NCBI GenBank assembly: GCA_965219385.1
Contig: CBDCNM010000002.1
Coordinates: 1,668,936-1,732,935, forward strand
Source: Candidatus Latescibacterota bacterium
GTDB lineage: Bacteria > Latescibacterota > UBA2968 > UBA8231
Reading direction: 5' to 3'
DNA length: 64,000 nucleotides
The notes beneath the pieces are model-generated. The model was not told the DNA's origin, did not search any database, and worked only from the letters and a program-made list of their open reading frames with translations. Every line of letters begins with the position of its first letter. The first letter of the stretch is position 1. The translations under genes and the position numbers were made by a program. Of the stretch, positions 1 through 9,700 are shown piece after piece.

Positions 1-1
1 G

Positions 2-502
2 TTTCTCGACACCGCGGAACAGTTCATCGGGGCCGACATCGTCCTGCAGCGTTCGAGCCTCTACGAGAAGAGGAAATCGAACCTCGTCGGCCCCTTCCGC
101 ATGCACCAGGACTGGATATACGGGCCGACGCGGAAGGACACCATGGTTTCGGGGATGATCCACCTCGGGAGGACCACGGCGCCGATGGGCGCCCTGCGCG
201 TCTACCCGGGCACGCACCGCACGCGGATGGAGAATTCCAGGGCCGACGATGCCAGCGCCGCCTTCCACCAGCGGTTCCCGCTCGAACAGGCGACGGTGCT
301 CGAGGCGGAGGCCGGCGACGTTCTCTTCTTCCACTATTGTCTCGTGCACGGTTCGATGTCCAACGAAACCGAAGAACCGAGGAAGGTGGTGCACGTGAGG
401 ATGTTCTCCGGCCGGGACTGCCGGGAGAACGCGGGCCAGCCCATCGAAAACCTCGTGCTGCGCGGCTGGAATTTTCACGCCAACGCCTCCACTACGCGGT
501 AA
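2..502 (+). CDS. Phytanoyl-CoA dioxygenase (PhyH) family Fe(II)/2-oxoglutarate dioxygenase, 5'-partial
   Basis: Frame is open from position 2 (FLDTAEQFIGADIVLQ...). It has the HQD iron motif, 'GALRVYPGTH', 'GDVLFFH..LVHGS..N' and a distal R. Confidence 0.85.
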   Translation, partial: FLDTAEQFIGADIVLQRSSLYEKRKSNLVGPFRMHQDWIYGPTRKDTMVSGMIHLGRTTAPMGALRVYPGTHRTRMENSRADDASAAFHQRFPLEQATVLEAEAGDVLFFHYCLVHGSMSNETEEPRKVVHVRMFSGRDCRENAGQPIENLVLRGWNFHANASTTR

Positions 503-554
503 GAGACACAGGTAGACCAAGCGCGGCTATGGTCGTCCTCCTCCTTGCCGATCT

Positions 555-1004
555 TCACTTAGGGGGCAGTTCGACGATTTCGAACCAGTAATTGCCCAGA
601 CCCTTCATCACCTCGATCAGAGATTCAAAACTCACGGGCTTGACCACGAATCCGTTTACGCCCAGATCGTAGGTGCGCAGGATATCCTCCTCGGCCTTTG
701 AAGTGGTCAGCACCACGACCGGGATCCGCCGCAGATTGGGATCACTCTTGATCTCCGCCAGGGCCTCGCGCCCGTCTTTTTTGGGCATGTTCAGGTCCAG
801 CAGAATCACGCTCGGATGGGGGGCCTGATCCATTCCGGCGTACGGGCCCTGGTGGCGCAAGAAATCCAGTAGCTCCTCGCCGTCTTTGGCGAAATGCAAG
901 TCGTTGGCCAGGCGGGCCTCGTGGAGCGCATCCTCGATCAGCAGGCGGTCGTCGGCATCGTCGTCGGCCACCACGATCTTAATCGAAGTTCCTTTTTCTG
1001 GCAT
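555..1004 (-). CDS. Single-domain response regulator receiver (Rcp1-like)
   Basis: Acidic 'ADDDADD' pocket, 'LLDLNMPKKDG' phospho-Asp, 'VVLTTS' and 'KPV'. Confidence 0.92.
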   Translation of the reverse strand: MPEKGTSIKIVVADDDADDRLLIEDALHEARLANDLHFAKDGEELLDFLRHQGPYAGMDQAPHPSVILLDLNMPKKDGREALAEIKSDPNLRRIPVVVLTTSKAEEDILRTYDLGVNGFVVKPVSFESLIEVMKGLGNYWFEIVELPPK

Positions 1005-1105
1005 GTTGGCTGTTCTTCTGTGAACTGTATTAATGGAATGGAGAGCATATGAACCTCGACTAGCAATTAGAAGCCTTCTTACGTAAAAGTATAAGAAGGA
1101 AGATA

Positions 1106-1281
1106 AGCCCGCGCTACAGGCTCACCGCTCATCCGCTGCGCCGCCGCAGGCACTTTGAACCGAACTCCAACCTTCCTGGGCGCCAAGCAAGGGGATCGTG
1201 CAGGTGCGGACCCAGGCCCACAAAACTTTCGGCTTCTACACCCTGCGAACGTCCTGCTGTTGACCTGGAGCGCCATGGGCC
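1106..1281 (-). ncRNA. ssrS: 6S RNA (probable)
   Basis: The minus strand forms a ~175-nt rod: GCCC/GGGC, GCGCU/AGCGC and CAGG/CCUG outer stem, then CGCAGG/CCUGCG, AGCCGAA/UUCGGUU and CCUGGG/CCCAGG. The G-U pair works only on this strand. It carries 6S-like motifs GACGUUCGCAGG, GAAGCCGA, GGUUCAAAG and GCCUGCGGCGGC in the same order as E. coli 6S. TATAAT lies just upstream (1283-1288). Confidence 0.75.
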
Positions 1282-1282
1282 T

Positions 1283-1288
1283 ATTATA
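1283..1288 (-). promoter_or_regulatory. -10 element (TATAAT) for the putative 6S RNA
   Basis: Perfect TATAAT on the minus strand immediately upstream of the rod. No good -35 is visible. Confidence 0.45.
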
Positions 1289-1367
1289 TAAATGGGCCTT
1301 GGGGGCCGGGAATTCCGGCCTGGCTTTCGAAAAATTATTTGACTAGTCTCCAGAGAAAGGATGGAAG

Positions 1368-1661
1368 ATGGAACCCAGGATCAGCGTGCGGAGTGGCAAA
1401 ATTTCGGATAAAACCAAGGCACATATAAAGAAAGCCTGTGCCAAGCTAGGCCGTTTTTACGATCGAGTCATAGACTGCGAAGTGATTCTGGGAGAGCAAA
1501 AGCAGGGCAAAGAAGTCGAATTCATCCTCAAGGTGCCGCACCAGATCCTGACCGCTTCGAGTGTGGATGAAAACCTCTTCAAGGCCATTGACGAAGTCGA
1601 GAAGCGGGTGGAAGCCCAGTTGAAAAAATACCACGACAAGAAGGTCGAGCACCGCTCGTGA
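1368..1661 (+). CDS. hpf: Ribosome hibernation promoting factor (short HPF/RaiA, S30AE family)
   Basis: 97 aa with 'DENLFKAIDEVEKRVEAQLKKYHDK' (S30AE helix). RBS AAAGGA upstream. Confidence 0.9.
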   Translation: MEPRISVRSGKISDKTKAHIKKACAKLGRFYDRVIDCEVILGEQKQGKEVEFILKVPHQILTASSVDENLFKAIDEVEKRVEAQLKKYHDKKVEHRS

Positions 1662-2827
1662 TCGTCGGAATTCTCAAGGAGACCTTTCCAGGAGAAAGGC
1701 GAGTCGCCCTCATTCCCGAGGTTTTGTCTGCCCTGACGGCCAAGGGTATTGAAATCCTGGTGGAGGCCGGGGCTGGGGAGGCCGCCGGGATCGCGGATCA
1801 GGGGTACCGGGATAAGGGTGCTCAAATCGCCGCCTCGCGCGGGGATGTGTTTTCCGCGGCGGGCGCCATCCTCCAGGTGCGCACCCTCGGCGCCAATCCA
1901 GAGGCCGGTCGCGCCGATCTGGAACTGCTGCGTCCTGGCCAGATCCTGGTCGGTTTTGCCGAACCATTCACCGCCCTGGAGGAGACGCGGGCAGTGGCCG
2001 AGGGGGAAGCAACCCTCCTGGCCATGGAACTCATACCGCGGATCACCCGGGCCCAGAGCATGGACGCCCTCTCTTCCATGGCCACCATCGCCGGGTACAA
2101 GGCGGTCCTGCTGGCGGCGGGACAGTTGCCCAGGATGTTTCCCCTGCTCATGACCGCGGCCGGCATCCTCACTCCGGCCCGGGTGCTGGTCATCGGTGCG
2201 GGTGTGGCCGGGTTGCAGGCCATTGCCACGGCCCGGCGCCTGGGCGCCGTGGTGGAAGCCTACGATCTGCGCCCCGCGGTCGGGGAACAGGTCGAGAGTC
2301 TGGGCGCCCGTTTCGTGGAGCTGGACCTGGAGGTGGACGCGGCCGAGGATGCGGGGGGATATGCCCGGGCCCAGGACGAAGACTTCTACCGCCGCCAGCA
2401 GGAAGCCATGGGCCAGGTGGTGGCGGGTTTCGATGTGGTGATCACCACCGCGGCGGTGCCGGGCAAGAAGGCGCCGGTGCTGCTCACCGGGGAGATGGTG
2501 GAGGGCATGGCCCCTGGTTCGCTCATCGTGGACCTGGCGGCCGAGCGCGGGGGCAACTGCGCACTCACCCGTCCGGGCGAGACCACGGTGGAGCATGGGG
2601 TGCAGATCCTCGGACCCCTCAATATACCGAGCACCATACCCTATCACGCCAGCCAGATGTACGGACACAATATCGCGGCCTTTTTTGCCCACCTGGCCGG
2701 GGAGGGCGAACCGTGGCTCGATCCGGAGGACGAAATCACCCGCGCCACCCTGGTGGCGCACGCAGGACAAATCGTCCACCCCCAGGTGCTCGAACTCATC
2801 CATCCTGCCGCTGCTCCGGCAGGGTAA
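1658..2827 (+). CDS. pntAA: NAD(P) transhydrogenase subunit alpha, domain I (part 1)
   Basis: 'ERRVALIP', 'PRITRAQSMDALSS', 'GAGVAGLQAI', 'VDLAAERGGNC'. GTG start overlaps the hpf stop. Confidence 0.95.
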   Translation: MIVGILKETFPGERRVALIPEVLSALTAKGIEILVEAGAGEAAGIADQGYRDKGAQIAASRGDVFSAAGAILQVRTLGANPEAGRADLELLRPGQILVGFAEPFTALEETRAVAEGEATLLAMELIPRITRAQSMDALSSMATIAGYKAVLLAAGQLPRMFPLLMTAAGILTPARVLVIGAGVAGLQAIATARRLGAVVEAYDLRPAVGEQVESLGARFVELDLEVDAAEDAGGYARAQDEDFYRRQQEAMGQVVAGFDVVITTAAVPGKKAPVLLTGEMVEGMAPGSLIVDLAAERGGNCALTRPGETTVEHGVQILGPLNIPSTIPYHASQMYGHNIAAFFAHLAGEGEPWLDPEDEITRATLVAHAGQIVHPQVLELIHPAAAPAG

Positions 2828-2836
2828 GGAGGAAGT

Positions 2837-3118
2837 GTGGAGACGTTTGTTGTCGCTCTGACGATTTTTGTGCTCGCCGCCTTCGTGGGGTTTGAAGTCA
2901 TCACCAAGATCCCCCCCACCCTGCACACCCCGCTGATGTCGGGGTCCAACGCCATTTCCGGCATCACCCTGATCGGCGCCCTGCTGGCGGCCGGTTCGCA
3001 GCACACCACCCTCACCACCTGGCTGGGGTTTGCCGCCGTGGTCTTTGCCTCCGTCAACGTGGTGGGCGGCTTCCTGGTCACCCACCGCATGTTGGGAATG
3101 TTCAAGAGGCGGGATTGA
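2837..3118 (+). CDS. pntAB: NAD(P) transhydrogenase subunit alpha, membrane part 2
   Basis: 'LHTPLMSGSNAISG' and 'NVVGGFLVTHRMLGMF'. RBS AAGGAGG. Confidence 0.95.
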   Translation: METFVVALTIFVLAAFVGFEVITKIPPTLHTPLMSGSNAISGITLIGALLAAGSQHTTLTTWLGFAAVVFASVNVVGGFLVTHRMLGMFKRRD

Positions 3119-3121
3119 GGC

Positions 3122-4510
3122 ATGAGCGGCGCCCTGATCAACCTAGCCTATATGATCGCCTCGGTCCTGTTCATCCTGGGGCTCAAGGGGCTCACGCACC
3201 CGCGCACGGCCGTGCGCGGCAACCTCCTGGGGGCTCTGGGGATGCTGCTGGCGGTGGTGGTCACCCTCCTGGATCAGCGCATTCTCAGCTTCGAGATCAT
3301 CCTGGCCGGGGTGGTGCTCGGAGCCCTGGTCGGCCTGGTCCTGGCGCTCAAGATCCAGATGACCGCCATGCCCCAGCTCGTGGCCCTGTTCAATGGCTTC
3401 GGTGGCGGGGCTTCGGTCTTGGTGGCCGGCGCCGCCCTGGCCGAAAGCAGCCTCCTCAGCGGCCGGGTTCTCTCGGCCCAGTTCCTGGTGGCCACGGCCG
3501 CTTCCGGTCTGATCGGCGCCGTCACCTTCTGGGGCAGCTTGGTGGCCTTTGCCAAATTGCAGGAACTGGTCTCCGGGAGTCCTTTCCTTGTGCCCGGCCA
3601 CCACCTGCTCAATATCCTGCTGACGCTCGCCAGCCTGGCTCTGGGGGTGTGGGCCGTGGTCGAACCGGGTTCCATCGAGGTGTTCTGGATCATGGTAGCC
3701 GCCGCCGCCCTGCTGGGGGTCTTGCTGGTGGTGGCCATCGGCGGGGCGGATATGCCGGTGGCCATCGCCTTTCTGAACTCCTGCTCGGGACTGGCAGCAG
3801 CGGCTACCGGGTTCGTCCTGGAGAACAATGTCCTGATCGTCGCCGGCACCCTGGTGGGGGCCTCCGGACTCATCCTCACCCAGATCATGTGCCGGGCCAT
3901 GAATCGCTCCCTGGCCAACGTGTTTTTCGGGGGCGTCGGGGCCACGGCGGCGGACAGCGCCGACGAGGTCTACGCCGGCAAGGTCAAATCCACCTCGGCC
4001 GAGGAGCTGGCCCTGCTCTTCGACACGGCTCGCCGGGTGGTCATCGTCCCGGGCTACGGCATGGCCGCGGCCCAGGCGCAACACGCGGTGCGCGATCTGA
4101 CCAATCTGCTCGAAAACCGCGGCGTCGAGGTGGAATTCGCCATCCATCCGGTCGCCGGCCGCATGCCCGGGCACATGAACGTGCTGCTGGCCGAGGCCGG
4201 GGTGCCCTACGAGCAGCTCGTGGAAATGGACCGCATCAATCCCACCTTTGAACAGACCGATGTGGCCCTGGTCATCGGGGCCAACGACGTGATCAATCCT
4301 CTGGCCCGGGAGGATTCCTCCAGCCCCATAGCCGGCATGCCGATTCTGGATGTGGACAAGGCGCGCACCGTGGTGGTGATCAAGCGCAGCCTGAGCCCTG
4401 GCTTCGCCGGGATTGCCAATCCACTCTTTGCCGCCGACAATGTGCTGATGTACTTCGCCAGCGGCAAAGAAGCGGTGCTGGATCTGGTTGCCGCCCTGAA
4501 GGAAAATTGA
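3122..4510 (+). CDS. pntB: NAD(P) transhydrogenase subunit beta
   Basis: 'IGGADMPV', 'VPGYGMA', 'HPVAGRMPGHMNVLLAEA', 'GANDV.NP'. Confidence 0.96.
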   Translation: MSGALINLAYMIASVLFILGLKGLTHPRTAVRGNLLGALGMLLAVVVTLLDQRILSFEIILAGVVLGALVGLVLALKIQMTAMPQLVALFNGFGGGASVLVAGAALAESSLLSGRVLSAQFLVATAASGLIGAVTFWGSLVAFAKLQELVSGSPFLVPGHHLLNILLTLASLALGVWAVVEPGSIEVFWIMVAAAALLGVLLVVAIGGADMPVAIAFLNSCSGLAAAATGFVLENNVLIVAGTLVGASGLILTQIMCRAMNRSLANVFFGGVGATAADSADEVYAGKVKSTSAEELALLFDTARRVVIVPGYGMAAAQAQHAVRDLTNLLENRGVEVEFAIHPVAGRMPGHMNVLLAEAGVPYEQLVEMDRINPTFEQTDVALVIGANDVINPLAREDSSSPIAGMPILDVDKARTVVVIKRSLSPGFAGIANPLFAADNVLMYFASGKEAVLDLVAALKEN

Positions 4511-5832
4511 AGAGGCTCGAGGATATGTTCCGCCTGGATAGGGCCGGCACCCATGTTGGAAGGGAGATACGCGCCGGCCTGGCCACCTTCGCGACCATGG
4601 CCTATATCATCGTGGTCAACCCGCACATCCTGGCGGCGGCCGGCATGCCCGCGGACGGGGTGATGGCGGCCACCTGTCTGGCGGCGGCCCTGGGCTGTTT
4701 TCTGATGGGCGGGCTGACCAATTACCCCTTTGCCCTGGCGCCGGGCATGGGCCTCAATGCCTTTTTCACCTACACCGTGGTCCTGGGGATGGGCCTGTCC
4801 TGGCAGGGCGCCCTGGCCGCGGTTTTTATCTCGGGAGCGCTCTTCTTCACCTTGACCCTGTTCCGGGCGCGCCAGGCCATCGTCAACGCCATTCCCGTCA
4901 ATCTGAAATCCGCCATCAGCGTGGGCATCGGTTTCTTTATCGCCCTGATCGGCCTGAAGAATGCCGGCATCCTCGCATTCAATCCGGGTACGGGGAGTCT
5001 GGGGATGGTGACGGCCGACCTGCTGCCCGACGGGGCTTCCTTGAAAACCGTGTACCTGGCTCTCTTCGGCCTGCTGCTCACCGGGGCCCTAGTGGTCCGC
5101 AAGGTCACGGCCGCGCTGTTGTGGGGTATCCTGGGGACCTTTCTGGCCGGCATCCCCCTGGGCCTGGTGCAGGCGGACCAGCTGGACTTCGTGGGGTTGC
5201 CTTCCGGCCTGGGTCAGACCTTCCTGGCACTGGACTTCGAGGGGGTGTTCGACTACGGGCTGCTGACGGTGATCTTCACCTTTACCTTCGCGGACCTGTT
5301 CGATACCACCGGCACCCTGGTGGGACTTTCGAGCAAGGCCGGGATGCTGGATGAACGGGGCCACCTGCCCAGGGCCAACCGGGCCCTGATGGCCGACTCG
5401 GTGGCGACCATGGCCGGCGCGGTTCTGGGGACCAGCACCACCACCACCTACATCGAGAGCGCGGCCGGAGTGGCCGAAGGCGGACGCACCGGCCTGACCG
5501 CCGTGACGACCGGGACGCTGTTTTTGCTGGCGTTGTTCTTTTTTCCTCTGGTGCACCACATCCCCCCGGCCGCCACGGCGCCGGTGCTGGTGATCGTGGG
5601 GATTTTCATGATGGAACCGGTCACCCGCATCGACTTCGGCGATTATCTGGAGGCCATCCCAGCCTTTTTCACCATTGCCATGATGCCCCTGGCGTTCAGC
5701 ATTGCCGATGGCATCGTCTGCGGGATCCTGGCCCACACCTTCCTGCGGGTCGCGAGCGGGCGGATGCGAGAAATCGGCCTGACCCTGTGGATCCTGAGCG
5801 GGCTTTTCGTCCTGCGCTTTTTCCTCGCCTAG
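4507..5832 (+). CDS. NCS2/AzgA family purine permease
   Basis: 'EIRAGLATF.TMAYII.VNP', 'APGMGLNAFF', 'TTYIESAAGV.EGGRTGLTA'. TTG start overlaps the pntB stop. Confidence 0.92.
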   Translation: MKRLEDMFRLDRAGTHVGREIRAGLATFATMAYIIVVNPHILAAAGMPADGVMAATCLAAALGCFLMGGLTNYPFALAPGMGLNAFFTYTVVLGMGLSWQGALAAVFISGALFFTLTLFRARQAIVNAIPVNLKSAISVGIGFFIALIGLKNAGILAFNPGTGSLGMVTADLLPDGASLKTVYLALFGLLLTGALVVRKVTAALLWGILGTFLAGIPLGLVQADQLDFVGLPSGLGQTFLALDFEGVFDYGLLTVIFTFTFADLFDTTGTLVGLSSKAGMLDERGHLPRANRALMADSVATMAGAVLGTSTTTTYIESAAGVAEGGRTGLTAVTTGTLFLLALFFFPLVHHIPPAATAPVLVIVGIFMMEPVTRIDFGDYLEAIPAFFTIAMMPLAFSIADGIVCGILAHTFLRVASGRMREIGLTLWILSGLFVLRFFLA

Positions 5833-5966
5833 AAATTGTTTGGCAATGCACTGGCAGCGGATTCAGAGAGTCCTGCATCCGCCTACCTGACTGTATTGTC
5901 TCTTGCAAATGCTCCTCACCGGCTGCCGTTGCGACATCGAGACAGGCCGGCACCTAGAATCATCCT

Positions 5967-6542
5967 TCACCCGAGAAAAATAGCCTCGTCCGGCCACTCC
6001 GCGCTCAGGACCCCCTTTTCCATATTGACCATAGGCAAATAGTTGTGCTCGCGGCGGATTGAGCCCAGAAGGCGGATGGTGCGCAGTTCCATGATGGAGT
6101 CCCGGCCGTGGTTTTTCTTGAGCGAGGGGATGATCTTGCCCTGCAGGCTTTCCACCACGTCGCTGTCGGACTCGCCCTCCATCACCAGCACCAGGGCGAT
6201 GTGGCCATCGATTTCGGCGATGTAGCTGTCGCGGATCAGCTCGCTGAAGACATTGGCCACATTGGGTTCGCTGCGGATTTCCTCGACGATCTGGTTGCGG
6301 GTGATGCCCAGCTTGAACTTGATGGTGATCATGTGCTGAGCGTTGAAGCGGGCCGTGCCGTTGGCCTGCATGTCCACCGCGGTATAGTACGAGAGGATTC
6401 CCTCCTCTTCGAGGCGGGCCCGCTTGCGGCTGACCGTGCGCACCGGCACGCCGGTCAGGGCGCTGACCCTGTTGTCCGAAAGACGCGGATTGCGAATCAG
6501 GGCGCAAATGATCCGCCGCTCCTGCTGGTCGAGTTTTCTCAT
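5967..6542 (-). CDS. Lrp/AsnC family transcriptional regulator
   Basis: N-terminal 'LD..ERRII.ALIRNPRLS...S..TGVPVRTVSRKRARLEEEGIL' AsnC-type HTH. Divergent from gltB. Confidence 0.75.
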   Translation of the reverse strand: MRKLDQQERRIICALIRNPRLSDNRVSALTGVPVRTVSRKRARLEEEGILSYYTAVDMQANGTARFNAQHMITIKFKLGITRNQIVEEIRSEPNVANVFSELIRDSYIAEIDGHIALVLVMEGESDSDVVESLQGKIIPSLKKNHGRDSIMELRTIRLLGSIRREHNYLPMVNMEKGVLSAEWPDEAIFLG

Positions 6543-6648
6543 GGCTTAAATTCCTCCAATAATAATTGAATCATACAAATTTAGGCCATTTATCTCGACT
6601 ATGCCAGTATAAAATTGCGTTTCCCATGAAAAAAACGTCACTTTTTGA

Positions 6649-6678
6649 TTGACAAAGCAAAGGTATTGCCTATATTAT
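6649..6678 (+). promoter_or_regulatory. Sigma70-type promoter of gltBD
   Basis: TTGACA (6649-6654) with TATATT (16-bp spacer) or TATTAT (18-bp spacer) in an AT-rich intergenic region. Confidence 0.6.
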
Positions 6679-6755
6679 ATCTTTCGCCTTGAAAGGCGTG
6701 ATTCGCTGGGGCGGCGGGTCATTTTTCTTTCTATGAGATCGAGAAAGGCAGCCTT

Positions 6756-9700
6756 ATGGCACATCCCGGGTATCCCCCTAGGCAGGGTCTGTACGATCCC
6801 CGCCACGAGCACGAAGCCTGCGGCATCGGCTTCGTGGTCAATACCAAAGGCGCCAAATCCCATCAGATCGTGCGCCAGGCCCTCACGGTGCTGGTGAACC
6901 TGGACCACCGCGGCGCCTGCGGCTGCGAGGAAAACACCGGCGATGGCGCCGGTATCCTGATGCAGATCCCCCACAACTTTCTGCACCAGGCCTGTGCGGG
7001 TATCAGCATAAACTTGCCCAGCCCGGGTCAGTACGGGGTCGGCATGGTCTTCCTGCCCCCGGTCCGCGAGCAGCGCCACGCCTGCGAGCGGGTCTTCAAC
7101 CACATCGCCGAGACCGAAGCCCTGGAAGTCCTGGGCTGGCGCAGCGTGCCCACCGACAATTTCTACCTCGGCCAGACCGCCAAAGCCGCCGAGCCCTTCG
7201 TGCGCCAGGTCTTCCTCAAGCGCGGCGCCGATCTGGAGGACGACCTGGCCTTCGAGCGCAAGCTCTACCTGGTGCGCCAGCGCGTGACCCATGCCATCGC
7301 CCACTCCAGGGCTGAGGGCAGTGCGTTTTTCTACGTGCCCAGTCTGTCCTCCCGGACCCTGATCTACAAAGGCATGCTCACCCCCAGGCAGCTCGAGGAC
7401 TTCTACCCGGACCTGTCCGATCCGCGCATGGAGACCGGCCTGGCCCTGGTCCATTCGCGCTTCAGCACCAATACCTTTCCCAGCTGGGATCGCTCCCACC
7501 CGTATCGCTACCTGATCCACAACGGCGAAATCAACACCCTGCGCGGCAATGAAAACTGGATGTATACCCGCCAGGCCATGCTCCAGTCCGAACTCTTCGG
7601 GGAGAATCTCGAAAAGCTCTTTCCCATCATCTTCGAGGACGGCAGCGATTCGGCCAAATTCGACAACTGTCTGGAGTTTCTCTCCCTGGCCGGGCGCTCG
7701 GTGCCGCACGCCATCATGATGATGATCCCGGAGCCGTGGGAAAAACACGAGGATATGAGCCCTGCAAAGCGAGCGTTCTACGAGTACCACAGCTGTTTGA
7801 TGGAGCCGTGGGACGGCCCGGCCTCGATCGCCTTTACCGACGGGATCAGGGTGGGGGCGGTGCTGGACCGCAATGGCCTGCGGCCCTCGCGCTACTACGT
7901 GACCAAGGACGATATGGTGATCATGGCCTCCGAGGTGGGGGTGCTGGAGGTGGAGCCCGAGCGCGTGCTGCACAAGAACCGGCTGCAACCCGGGCGGATG
8001 TTCCTGGTGGATACCGAGCAGGGCCGCATCATCAGCGACGAAGAACTCAAGCAGCAGATGGCCGCCGAGCACCCCTACCGCGAGTGGCTGGACCGCTACC
8101 TGGTGAAGTTCGAGGATCTGCCGGCGGTGTCCCGTGAGCGGCCGCAGCGGGACCACGAAGAGGTCCTGCACCGCCAGCAGGTCTTCGGCTACACCTTCGA
8201 GGATCTGCGCGTCAATGTCGGCCCGATGGCCCGGGATGGGATCCAGCCCATCGGCTCCATGGGCAACGACGCGGCCCTGGCCGTGCTCTCCGACCAGCCG
8301 CAGTTGCTCTACAACTACTTCAAGCAGCTCTTTGCCCAGGTGACCAACCCGCCCATCGATCCGATCCGCGAGGAGCTCATCACCTCCACGGAGATAAACC
8401 TGGGCGCGGAGCGCAACCTGCTCAAACCCGAGCCGGAAAGCTGCCGCCGGATCCGGCTCAAAGACCCGGTCCTCAAAAACGAGGACCTGGAAAAACTGCG
8501 CCAGGTGGACCAGCCCGGGTTCAGGGCCGCGACCCTGCCGATCCTGTTTTCGGTGGAGGCGGGCCAGGCCGGGCTGGAGCGGGCCCTGGACGAGCTCTTC
8601 GCCGCGGCCGACCGGGCGATCAAGGAGGGCGTCAATATCCTGATCCTCTCGGACCGGGACTTCACCCGGGAGCGCGCCCCCATACCCGCCCTGCTGGCGG
8701 TGGCGGGCCTGCACCACCACCTCATCCGCGCCGGCAGTCGCACCCGGGTGAGCCTGGTACTCGAATCCGGAGAGCCGCGCGAGGTGCACCACTTTTGCCT
8801 GCTGCTGGGCTACGGGGCCCAGGCCATCAATCCCTACATGGTCTACGAGAGCCTGGACGATATGATCCGCGAGGGCATGCTGACCGAGCTATCCTGCGAC
8901 CAGGCCATAGCCGGTTATAACAAGGCTGTGGTCAAGGGCGTGGTCAAGGTCATGGCCAAGATGGGCATCTCCACCATTCAGTCGTATTGCGGGGCCCAGA
9001 TCTTCGAGGCCGTGGGGCTCAACCACAGCCTCGTCGACCGCTACTTCACCTGGACCGATTCGCGCGTCGAAGGCATCGGTCTGGACGCGATTGCCCGCGA
9101 GGCCCAGCGGCGCCACCGGCACGCCTTTCCGGAAATTCCGGTCGACGGCCACACCCTCGAGGTGGGAGGCCAGTACCAGTGGCGCCAGGGCAGCGAGCAC
9201 CACCTCTTCAATCCCCAGACCGTACACAAGCTGCAGCTGGCCGCGCGCACCAACAACTACGCGGTCTACAAGGAATACGCCGAGCTGATCAACGACCAGT
9301 CCGAGAAGATGGCCACCCTGCGCAGTCTGCTGGAATTCAAGTACGCCGACGAGCCCGTTCCCCTGGACGAGGTCGAGTCCGTGGAGGCCATTACCCGGCG
9401 CTTCAAGAGCGGGGCCATGTCCTACGGTTCGATCAGCAAGGAGGCCCACGAGTACCTGGCCATTGCCATGAACCGGCTCGGGGGCCGCAGCAACACCGGG
9501 GAAGGCGGCGAAGATCCGGCCCGCTACGTCCTGGATCCCAACGGGGATTCGCGCAACAGCGCCATCAAGCAGGTGGCCTCTGGGCGCTTCGGGGTCACCA
9601 GCCATTACCTGGTCAACGCCCAGGAGTTGCAGATCAAGATGGCCCAGGGTGCCAAGCCGGGCGAGGGCGGCGAATTGCCGGGGCGCAAGGTCTATCCCTG

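Noticed and set aside
1106..1281. raiA-motif RNA, because it lies upstream of hpf/raiA
   Set aside because: Pairing favours the strand opposite to hpf, and the motifs follow 6S order. Not formally excluded without a covariance search.
1079..1346. Small ORFs 1079..1276(-) and 1155..1346(+)
   Set aside because: They overlap the structured 6S-like RNA and have no recognisable protein features.
5836..5910. Imperfect long hairpin (GGCAATGCA...GCGGAT/ATCCGC...TGTATTGTC) as an sRNA or riboswitch
   Set aside because: It lies between convergent genes with no recognisable aptamer, and is most simply a terminator or stabiliser.
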